64,000 nt of DNA from contig CAWJTV010000009.1 in assembly GCA_963845755.1 (NCBI GenBank), forward strand, positions 288,001-352,000. Reading direction: 5' to 3'. The stretch comes from an uncultured Planctomycetota bacterium. GTDB lineage: Bacteria; Planctomycetota; Planctomycetia; Isosphaerales; Isosphaeraceae. A program made the position numbers and the translations under genes. How positions within the stretch are numbered: the first letter of the stretch is position 1; each line of letters begins with the position of its first letter. Below, in pieces: positions 53,886-62,279 of this stretch. The notes beneath the pieces were generated by a model, which was given only the letters and a program-made list of their open reading frames with translations, made no database searches and was not told where the DNA came from.

Positions 53886-55496
53886 TCAGGTGTAGCCCGA
53901 CCCGGGCGGCGCCCGCAATCCCCGCGCGGCCTGAGCGAGCAGGATGGCGACCACCAGGCCGATGCCGAGCATCATCAGGCTGAGGAACCGTAGGCCGCTG
54001 CGGAAACCGTGGGCGACGCTCTCGAGCGTTACGAAGCCGCCGAGGACACGGCTCGTCTCCTGCTGGAGCGCGGCCCCGCTCAGTCCCCGCTGCTGGAAGT
54101 AGTCGGCGACCCGAGCCGTGGCGTGTTCGACCGCCGGTCGGTTCTCGCGGAGGTTGTGGCGATAGACGTCGAGCGCCCGGTCGGACCAGGCTTTCACCAT
54201 CGTCGCCGTCGCGTTTGGGATCGTGTAGATCGGAATCAGCAATCCGACCAGGCCCAGCGCGACCCCGTAAAGCATGTCCCTCGGATCCAGCCCCTCGACC
54301 TCGTCGGTGAGGAAGACCGGGGGGATCAGGCCCAGGAATGCTCCCCAGCAGGCCAGCATGACCGCCACGTTCTCCTTGGCGGTGAAGTTATCGATCGACG
54401 ACAGCCACCACACACAGGCCGCCGTCCCCACGAACCCCACGACCAGCCAGGCGTGCCGTAACGATCGTCGATGAAACCAGGTCGTGAGGAACGTGGTCAC
54501 CGCCATCGCCGCCGAGGTCGGCACCATCAGCCAACCCGAGGTGATCCTCGGGTAGGCGCGCAGCTCGGTGCAATAGAGGCCGACGATCGAGAGGACAGCA
54601 ACCATGTGCAGGAGCAGCAACCCGCGGGTTATCAGGCAGAGGACGTAGACGCGCGATCGTATGAGACGGTTCAGGTGCTCGTCCCGACTCAGACCCGACC
54701 CCAGCCAGACGGCCAGGGCAACCGGCAAGACCAGACAGAGTGCAACCGTAGTGACGAATGCGTTCGACGACCAACCGCCCCACTTGCGGTACCAGGAGAA
54801 CGTGAACTCGATGGCCACGATCCAGCCCACGAAGACGGTGACGGCCAGCCAGTCGATTGGCACGCGAATCGGCTTCGCCGGACGGTCGGGACGGAAGAAG
54901 CACCAGACCAGGACCGCTGCGATCAACCCGATCGGCACATAGGCCCAGTACATCCACCGCCAGGACAAATACACGTCCAGATAAGCGTTGATCAGCGGTG
55001 TACAATACCTCGTCGAGTAGGCGAACACACCATAGAAGCCGATGGCCACCAGGAGTGCGCGGTCGAATTGCTGATAGAGCGTGGCTCGACCGACTGCCAT
55101 CGCCATCAACTTGCCAAAGCCCTCGACGAGCCGCCCGAAGGCCAGGCTGTATAGCCCGGTCGCCGCGCCACAGAGCACGTTGCCTACACAGAACACCAAC
55201 AGACCCGCGACGAGCGTGTAGCGCTTCCCAAACCGAACCGAGAACAACACCCCCGAGAACAGGCCATAGATGAATCCGAAGATGTAGGCGACGTTGACCC
55301 AGATCATGTCGTAGCTGTCCACCTCGACGCCGAGGCGGACAGCATCGTCGGTGATGGCAGTCTGGACGAGGGTCTGGTAGGGCGTGAAGAGGACGAAGAG
55401 CATCGCAAGGGCAGCCAGCCAGTGCCTGCGTTCAAGCAGGAGCGGCGTCGGCGCTGTGGCGGTGTGTCTTGGGATCGATGCTGCAAGCGTCGTCAT
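53886..55496 (-). CDS. MFS transporter (EmrB/DHA2-like)
   Basis: Many TM segments; RFGKRYTL, FGRLVEGFG, LSWRWMYW; coupled to HlyD. Confidence 0.85.
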   Translation of the reverse strand: MTTLAASIPRHTATAPTPLLLERRHWLAALAMLFVLFTPYQTLVQTAITDDAVRLGVEVDSYDMIWVNVAYIFGFIYGLFSGVLFSVRFGKRYTLVAGLLVFCVGNVLCGAATGLYSLAFGRLVEGFGKLMAMAVGRATLYQQFDRALLVAIGFYGVFAYSTRYCTPLINAYLDVYLSWRWMYWAYVPIGLIAAVLVWCFFRPDRPAKPIRVPIDWLAVTVFVGWIVAIEFTFSWYRKWGGWSSNAFVTTVALCLVLPVALAVWLGSGLSRDEHLNRLIRSRVYVLCLITRGLLLLHMVAVLSIVGLYCTELRAYPRITSGWLMVPTSAAMAVTTFLTTWFHRRSLRHAWLVVGFVGTAACVWWLSSIDNFTAKENVAVMLACWGAFLGLIPPVFLTDEVEGLDPRDMLYGVALGLVGLLIPIYTIPNATATMVKAWSDRALDVYRHNLRENRPAVEHATARVADYFQQRGLSGAALQQETSRVLGGFVTLESVAHGFRSGLRFLSLMMLGIGLVVAILLAQAARGLRAPPGSGYT

Positions 55497-56941
55497 GGTG
55501 TCGCCCCCGCCGATTCGGCGGCGTCCCCATCTTGGACTGGCTCCCCGCGGGACTCGGGGGCGTTGTATCGCCGCTCGAGGTCTTCCATCGCGCGCGCCGC
55601 CTCCGCGGCCCAGGCGGCATCACCGGGACCGTGAGCGATGGCCACCGTCGCCATCAGCCCGGCACGGAGCCGCGGCCAGCGGTCGTCGCGCTCGATCTGG
55701 ATCCGCACCGGCACGCGCTGGACCACGCGGGTGAACTCACCGGAAACGACATTACGGGGCATGAGCGCGAACTGGGCCCCCGTCGACTTGTTGACCCAGA
55801 CGACCCGCCCCCGAAACGGCTCGGCGAAGGCGTAGAGCTGGATACGGACCGCGTTGCCCGGCTCAACGCCCGGTAGGCGGTCTTCCTCCAGGTTGGCCTC
55901 GACGTAGAGTAAGTCCGGGTTGTACATGCTCAGCACGGGAGAGCCCGCCGAGGCGAAGTCGCCCAGGTGGCGGTACCGCTTGACCACCACTCCGGGGAAC
56001 GGGGCCCGGACCCTGGTGTACGCCAGGTCGCTCTCGGCGGCCTCGAGCACCCGCCGGGCCTGCTCGACGGACTGCTCCTTGACCTTGACCAGGAGCTCGA
56101 TCTCGCGGACCTGATCGTAGCCGACCTCCGCGAGGCTGATGCCCTTGGCCGCCTTCTGCTCCGACTTCTGCGCGGCGTCCAGCGCGCTGCGCGCGACGTC
56201 AATCTGGGTTCGGGAGGCCAGGGCCTTGGCCAGCCGAGCCTCGGAGAGGTCCACCTGCGCGGAGGCCGAGTCGCGGGACTGCGTGACTTGCTGCTGCTGT
56301 CGAACCGGGCTGGCACCCTGCTGCTCGAGCCGGGTGAAGCGTGCGTACTCCAGCTCGGCCAGCGTGAGGGAGGCGCGGGCCGCCTTCACTCCGGCGCGGG
56401 CCTCGTCGATCCCCTTGTCCACGTCGTCCCCGGTCAGCGTGAGCGACTTCTCGGCCTTCACCCGGTCGGAGACGGCGGCGGCGGAGGTCCGCCGGGCGAT
56501 CTCGATCTGGATCGGTACCTCCTTCCGGACGCGGTCCAGGTCGGCACGCTGGCGGCTCAGTTCGGCGAGCGCGGAGTCGAGCTGGGCTCGCGCCACGTTG
56601 ACCTTGTCGCGGTACGGGATCGGGTCGATCTCCGCCACGACCTGGCCCTGGGCGACGCGGTCGTTCTCGTCGGCCAGGAGGCGGATGATCCGGCCGGACA
56701 CCAGTTGCGGGGCGACGTTGACGATGTGGGCCTCGACGAAGGCGTCGTCGGTGATCGAGTGGCTCCGGCGGTAGTCGACCCATGGGATACCGAACATCAA
56801 CCCGAAAGCAACCAGCCCAACGACCGCGGCCCCAGCGAGGAGACGGCCAGGACGGAGCGCATGCCGGGGACGGGCGGGCGGAGTCGCCGGGGTCTGGGCC
56901 GGGCTGTTCGAAGGTGCCTGGGCTGACTGGATGGCGCTCAT
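55493..56941 (-). CDS. HlyD/EmrA-type membrane fusion protein
   Basis: SITDDAFVEA, VRAPFPGVV, TGAQFALMPRNVVSGEFTRVVQRVPVRI. Confidence 0.9.
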   Translation of the reverse strand: MSAIQSAQAPSNSPAQTPATPPARPRHALRPGRLLAGAAVVGLVAFGLMFGIPWVDYRRSHSITDDAFVEAHIVNVAPQLVSGRIIRLLADENDRVAQGQVVAEIDPIPYRDKVNVARAQLDSALAELSRQRADLDRVRKEVPIQIEIARRTSAAAVSDRVKAEKSLTLTGDDVDKGIDEARAGVKAARASLTLAELEYARFTRLEQQGASPVRQQQQVTQSRDSASAQVDLSEARLAKALASRTQIDVARSALDAAQKSEQKAAKGISLAEVGYDQVREIELLVKVKEQSVEQARRVLEAAESDLAYTRVRAPFPGVVVKRYRHLGDFASAGSPVLSMYNPDLLYVEANLEEDRLPGVEPGNAVRIQLYAFAEPFRGRVVWVNKSTGAQFALMPRNVVSGEFTRVVQRVPVRIQIERDDRWPRLRAGLMATVAIAHGPGDAAWAAEAARAMEDLERRYNAPESRGEPVQDGDAAESAGATP

Positions 56942-56973
56942 GGAGTCCTCCACATGCTTCGACTTCGTCCCGG

Positions 56974-58674
56974 CTAGTGATGTTCGGGTGCCTGAGGCAT
57001 CGGTGGCTGGCCAACTCCCATGGCATAACCCAGGCGATCCATCGCGATCAAGTAGCCATACCGGGCGTTCAGGTAATTCTGCTGGGCACGGGTCAGCGAG
57101 GCCTGCGCATCGGCGATCTCGGTGGGGGCGGCCGCACCCTCGCGGAGCCGAAGTTGCACGAGCCGGTAATTCTCGCTCGCCTGGTCGACCGCCGGTCGGG
57201 CATCGTCGATTCCGACCCAGGCCGTGACGGCATTCCGGTAGGCCTCGTTGACCTGGAACGCGATATTATCCACGATCGACTCGGCCTGGGCCATGGCCTG
57301 GCGTACCATCGAGTCCGCTACGCGGGTCGCGGCGATCTTCCGACCGCCCTCGAAGAGCGTCCACTCGAGCCGGATGAACCCCAGCCGCAAATCGGCGTGG
57401 CCGTTCAATTCTTGCTGCTGGAAGTTCAGCAGGGTCCCATCCGCAACGACCTTGGGCGCGAACTGGGCTCGGGCGATGCGGCCCCCTTGCACGGCGACCT
57501 CGACCGTGCGCTGAACGACGTAGAACTCGCGGCGCTGCCGGACGGCTGTCTGCAGGCAATCGGCGAGCGAGGAGGCCATGGGCGGGATCTCGGTCGGCTC
57601 GACGACACGAAGCGGCTGATTGCACTTGAGCCCGATCGCCAGGTTCAAGCCCGCCAGGGCCACGAACTCCGCCTCGGTGGCGGCGTGGAATGCCTGGCGG
57701 AACTCGGCCATCTGCACCTCGGCCCGCAGGACGACCTCGCGCTCGATGACGCCCTCGCGCTGGCGCTTGCGGGCATCCCCTAGCTCCTCCTCGGCGCGAC
57801 GGAGGGCGTCCTGGGCCGTCCGCCGCAGGGCCTGGCTCCGGAGGACGTTGTAGTACGCGACCGCGACCTCGTTAGCCACCGTCTGGTGGGCGCGCTCCGT
57901 CTGGAGCCAGGCGATGTCGCCCGCCAGCTTCGCCTGCTCGTATAGGCCCAGCCGACGGCCGAAGTCGAGGAGCAGCCACTGGACCTTGAGCTCGGCCAGC
58001 TCGAAGGTCGTCCCCAGGTTGAGGCCGATGGGCACGGCTCCAATGCCGGGTAGGAAGTTGAATCCCGGGAGACCCTTCGCCAGATGGATGGGCTGGCCCC
58101 CCACTCCGAGGCCGAATCCCCCTGCGTCGTAATTGGCCGCGACGGTCGGCAGGAACGTCGAGAACGCGATCTGCCGCTGCCCCTGGGCCTGGGCGATGCT
58201 CTCGACCTGGGCACGCAACCGTGGTTGAGAGCGGAACGCCAGATCGATCGCCTCGGGGAGCGTCAGTGGCTTGCCGCTCGCGGCGATCGCGTCGAGCGTG
58301 GCCTCGTCGGAATCACTCGGAAGCGACGTCGCTGGCGTTCGCGTCGCAGCAGCATCAGGGCGACGTGGCGGGCCTTCGATCGCCGCTGGTAGCCGGCCGG
58401 ATCGATCGTCATCCGCGAAGGCCTCGTTCGTTTGGCCAGGTTGCGATGCGGCGGCGAGCCGCACTCTCGTATCGCTCGTCGCCGGCTTGCGGGTCTTCAC
58501 CTCTGGTGGTTTGGACGACCGACTGGCACCGACTTCGTCCGACACAACTCGTGGAGCCAGACGATCCTGGAGATCGGACTTCGAAAAAGCACAGCCCATC
58601 GTGGAGACGAGCGCGATCAGCAAGGACTGGCGGCGGATCGACCGGAAGGCGTGATCGGCGTCTGGTCGAGGCAT
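56974..58674 (-). CDS. TolC family outer membrane lipoprotein (start uncertain)
   Basis: Lipobox-like VSTMGC; LTLPEAIDLA, LLLDFG, WTLFEGG, QASENYRL. Confidence 0.85.
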   Translation of the reverse strand: MPRPDADHAFRSIRRQSLLIALVSTMGCAFSKSDLQDRLAPRVVSDEVGASRSSKPPEVKTRKPATSDTRVRLAAASQPGQTNEAFADDDRSGRLPAAIEGPPRRPDAAATRTPATSLPSDSDEATLDAIAASGKPLTLPEAIDLAFRSQPRLRAQVESIAQAQGQRQIAFSTFLPTVAANYDAGGFGLGVGGQPIHLAKGLPGFNFLPGIGAVPIGLNLGTTFELAELKVQWLLLDFGRRLGLYEQAKLAGDIAWLQTERAHQTVANEVAVAYYNVLRSQALRRTAQDALRRAEEELGDARKRQREGVIEREVVLRAEVQMAEFRQAFHAATEAEFVALAGLNLAIGLKCNQPLRVVEPTEIPPMASSLADCLQTAVRQRREFYVVQRTVEVAVQGGRIARAQFAPKVVADGTLLNFQQQELNGHADLRLGFIRLEWTLFEGGRKIAATRVADSMVRQAMAQAESIVDNIAFQVNEAYRNAVTAWVGIDDARPAVDQASENYRLVQLRLREGAAAPTEIADAQASLTRAQQNYLNARYGYLIAMDRLGYAMGVGQPPMPQAPEHH

Positions 58675-58808
58675 CGAACGACTGCTCCAGCATGCATGAT
58701 CGTGACTCCAGTCCCTATCCGCGCTTACGGGATGTATCGGATCTGATGGCTCCGATTCTGAGAGGAATTGTACGATCTCCGGGGCCGTTACGCACCGGAT
58801 GTAGCCGC

Positions 58809-58904
58809 CGAGGGTCGGTCTCAACGGGGGGAGCACGAAGGCGAAGACCGGTGGGCCGATGAGAACTTGGACCATGGATGAACTCGTCGCGAGGGTCGGT
58901 CTCA
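58809..58904. repeat. 15-bp direct repeat CGAGGGTCGGTCTCA x2 upstream of tolC
   Basis: Exact copies at 58809-58823 and 58890-58904. Confidence 0.7.
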
Positions 58905-59236
58905 TTTTGGCCAAGTGGCACCCCCACCAGGGGGTCCCTGGACTGGCGCGATTCTTCAGGTAATTCATCGTGCAGAACCGGTGGGCTTCCTCGTCGTGAG
59001 ACAGGATCGTCGCACCGGAGCCGGCGGCCAGGGAGCTTCGGACGCGCTAGCCGCCCCGACGTCGGCCGATACGCCGGCCGGCGCGAGGATCGCGTCCGGG
59101 TCGGTCGCAACGGCAGAGCTCGCGTGATCGATATACAGGAGCTCCGCATCGAGGATGCGGCGCGCCCGCGCGGTCGATTTCGAGCCGGCGGACCGGAATC
59201 CGGTCGGTGGGCAGTCAGAGCGCATCGCGTCTGGCA

Positions 59237-61633
59237 TCATGCTGTGACCTCGGTGAATGTGTGGACGCTCGGGTCCTCGATCTTCGCCGGGCGGGAGACG
59301 GCAAGGTGCCGCTCCCCGGGCCGGAGTCGATCGATCAGGACGACGAAGGACGGGACCAGGATCGGCCGGACGAGGAACGTGTCGAGCAGGACGCCCAGCC
59401 CCAGCGCGAATCCCAGCTCGCGGAGCGACGTCAAGCTTCCCGTCAGCATCGATCCGAACGTCCCGGCCATGATCAGGCCGCACGAGCTGATGATGCCGCC
59501 GGTGCGAGCGACGGCCCTGCGCGTCCCCTCTACGACCCCGCACTTTCGCTCTTCCTCGAGCACGCGGGCCATGAGCAGGATGTTGAAGTCCGCGCCCACG
59601 GCCACCAGGATGACGAACAGGAAGAAGCCCACGGTCCAGTCGAGCCCCTCCCAGGGCCCGGGGCCCCGATGCAGGGCGTGGAATAACACATCGGTCAGTC
59701 CCAATGTGGCCAGGTAGCCCAGCACCACCGTGGCGATGAGATAGAGGCTGATAAAGGGTCGACGAAGCAACATGACCAGGATGGTGTACACCCCGAGCGT
59801 CACGAGTACGTACATGCGGCGCTGATCGCCGGTGGTCACGCGCTTCAAGTCACTGACCTCCGACGTTGAGCCCGCGAGGCCGATCGCGATGGCCCCATGC
59901 AGGGGTTGACTCGCCGCGGTGGCGCGTCGGAGCGTCGCGCCGACGTCTTGCAGGGTCTGGAAGCTCGATTCCGAGAAGGGATCGGTCTCGAAGACGATCT
60001 CGAGGCGAGCGATGTGATTGAGATCGGCCGCTCGCCTCGGCGTGGTGGCGACGTATCGGGCCTCGGCGGCCCTGCGCACGGCCCGGTCGGCCAGCCGCGT
60101 GAACACGCCCTCGCCACTGGCAGATCCCTGGGGCTTGCCCACGGGCCGCGTCAAGGAGCGGACCTCGGCGACGCCGCCCAGCGCGGCCAGCCTGCGGCTG
60201 ATCTCCTCCATCGCCCCCCTGGCCTGCAGCGACCGGAAATCCAACGTGGGATGCTCGATCAGGGCCACGGTCGGGCTCAACTCGCCGACGGCGAAATAGG
60301 GACGGACCGCATCGGCACCGAGCACGCTCGGCCGATCCGGGTCGAGGTCGACGAGCTGGCTGTAGTTCGGCCGCGTGCGGGCACCGACCACGGCCAGCGG
60401 AGCCAGGATCGCCAGACAGGCCGCGCAGATCTTCAAGGGGTGATCGACCACCAGGTCCGCAACTCCGACCCAGAAGCCCGCCGGGGTCAGCGGCTCCCGG
60501 AGTGCGGCCTCGCGATACCCACCATCCTCGTGCCGGGGGTCCCGGGACGGCCAGAAGAGGGCGCTGCCGAGGCAGGCCAACATCGCGGGTGCCGCCGTCA
60601 GGGCCGCGGCCAGTGCCACGGCGAGGCTTAACGCGATCGTCGGTCCAGTGGACCGGATCGTTTCGAAGCGCGAGAAGCCGAGCATCCCCAGCCCGACGAT
60701 CACCGTGCCGGCACTGGCGACCACCGCCGGCCCCACCTGACCGATGGCTTCGCGGATCGCCTCGACCGGCGGTCTCCCTCGCCCCAGCTCCTCCCGGTAC
60801 CGCGACGCCAGGAAGAGACAGTAATCGGTCCCCGCGCCGAACAAGATGACGACGATGAAGAGCTGCGTGATGTCGATCACCTGAAGTCCCAGGCCCGGTA
60901 GCCCCGCAAGCAGCGCGATCAATCTGAGCGAGGCGAACACCGAGAAGGCGATCGTCACCAGGGGCACCATCGCCAGCAGCACGGAGCGGTAGACTACCAG
61001 CAGGATCACGATCACGAGGGCGATCGTCGCGTTCGTCGTGGCCCCGATGCTTTCGTCGGTCGCCGCGTGGATGTCACGCCCCACGGCCGCCGAGCCCGTA
61101 ATCGCCCGACCGAGCCCGGGTGGAGGCGCGGGCGCCCTTGTGTTGGCCCACTCCAGAATTCGATCGACCGCGAGTTGCGTCCTCCGTGAGAGGTACCCGC
61201 TGTTCAGCGAGACGATCGACAACACCGCCTGATCGGCACCCTCGGCGCGGGTACCGATTAACCGAGGTCCGATCACCGGCGAGCGGTGCGTGTCGATCTG
61301 CTTTACCCCGAGTTCCGGATCCTCGTGGGCGAACCGGGAGAGCCCCGAGGCCTGGCCGTCCACGAAGCGAAAGTCGTCAGCAGTCAAGCGGCCATCCTCG
61401 CGGCGGTAGAGCAGCACGAGATCGGAGCTCGAGGCCTCCTGGGGGAAGCCTCGCTCCAAAAGCTCTCGCCCGATCACGCTCGGACAATCCGCAGGGAAGA
61501 GCCCGAGATCGTCGTCCTTGCTGATCCGGTCCCACGGCGGAGCGAGATAGTGCAATCCCGCGGCCAGCAGGAGCCATGCCAGGACGACGGCCCGAGGGTG
61601 GCGGACCACGAAACTCGATACAATCCGGAACAT
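59237..61633 (-). CDS. MMPL family (RND-type) lipid transporter
   Basis: LFGAGTDYCLFLASRYREE; VAVGADFNILLMARVLEE; TGGIISSCGLIMAGTF; LLDTFLVR. Confidence 0.92.
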   Translation of the reverse strand: MFRIVSSFVVRHPRAVVLAWLLLAAGLHYLAPPWDRISKDDDLGLFPADCPSVIGRELLERGFPQEASSSDLVLLYRREDGRLTADDFRFVDGQASGLSRFAHEDPELGVKQIDTHRSPVIGPRLIGTRAEGADQAVLSIVSLNSGYLSRRTQLAVDRILEWANTRAPAPPPGLGRAITGSAAVGRDIHAATDESIGATTNATIALVIVILLVVYRSVLLAMVPLVTIAFSVFASLRLIALLAGLPGLGLQVIDITQLFIVVILFGAGTDYCLFLASRYREELGRGRPPVEAIREAIGQVGPAVVASAGTVIVGLGMLGFSRFETIRSTGPTIALSLAVALAAALTAAPAMLACLGSALFWPSRDPRHEDGGYREAALREPLTPAGFWVGVADLVVDHPLKICAACLAILAPLAVVGARTRPNYSQLVDLDPDRPSVLGADAVRPYFAVGELSPTVALIEHPTLDFRSLQARGAMEEISRRLAALGGVAEVRSLTRPVGKPQGSASGEGVFTRLADRAVRRAAEARYVATTPRRAADLNHIARLEIVFETDPFSESSFQTLQDVGATLRRATAASQPLHGAIAIGLAGSTSEVSDLKRVTTGDQRRMYVLVTLGVYTILVMLLRRPFISLYLIATVVLGYLATLGLTDVLFHALHRGPGPWEGLDWTVGFFLFVILVAVGADFNILLMARVLEEERKCGVVEGTRRAVARTGGIISSCGLIMAGTFGSMLTGSLTSLRELGFALGLGVLLDTFLVRPILVPSFVVLIDRLRPGERHLAVSRPAKIEDPSVHTFTEVTA

Positions 61634-61743
61634 GAAATCAGTCCCACGGTTCCCGGTTGCGATTGCATGAGCAGAACAATGATGAGGCTCTGCCGCCGGT
61701 GGGGATGGCCCACCCTCTTGCTCTCGGTCGGTCGCGGCTCGAC

Positions 61744-62229
61744 CTAGGCCGCGGAGCTCCCGGTCGAAACGGCCAGGGGCCTCGCGTTCTCATGGGAGTG
61801 GCGGCGAGCCGGCGGCTGGGCATCGGTCCTGGCGGCACTGCTCCCCATCAGCTTCCACCTGACGTAGCTCGTCACGAGGCCGACGGTGAACAGGTCGTCG
61901 ATTCGTTCGAGATGCCGATCGCGCTCCAGTTCCCTCCAATCGGCGTAGGGCATCTGCTCATGCAGCGCGGCCAGGCCGTCGTCGGTCAGTCGACCTTCGC
62001 TGATGAACGCCGAATCTCCCCGGAGGAATGCCTCCGGGAACAGCTCGTCCTGGTTGATCTTGATCATGAATTCGCGCTCGAGGCGGAACACGATGTCCAG
62101 GAAGTCGATGGACTCCGCCCCCAGGTCGCCTTGCAGGGTGGCGGAGGGCTTGATGTCTTCTTCCTCGACCCCCAGGGCGTGCACGAGCACTCTCGTGATC
62201 TTCGCGTCAATCTCATTCGAGGTCGGCAT
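61744..62229 (-). CDS. Long acyl carrier protein, copy 2
   Basis: ATLQGDLGAESIDFLDIVFRLEREF; same GGACCAGACCATG leader as copy 1. Confidence 0.85.
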   Translation of the reverse strand: MPTSNEIDAKITRVLVHALGVEEEDIKPSATLQGDLGAESIDFLDIVFRLEREFMIKINQDELFPEAFLRGDSAFISEGRLTDDGLAALHEQMPYADWRELERDRHLERIDDLFTVGLVTSYVRWKLMGSSAARTDAQPPARRHSHENARPLAVSTGSSAA

Positions 62230-62279
62230 GGTCTGGTCCTTTCGCGGGAAGTTGCGGATGAGAAACAACGGAGACGGAT

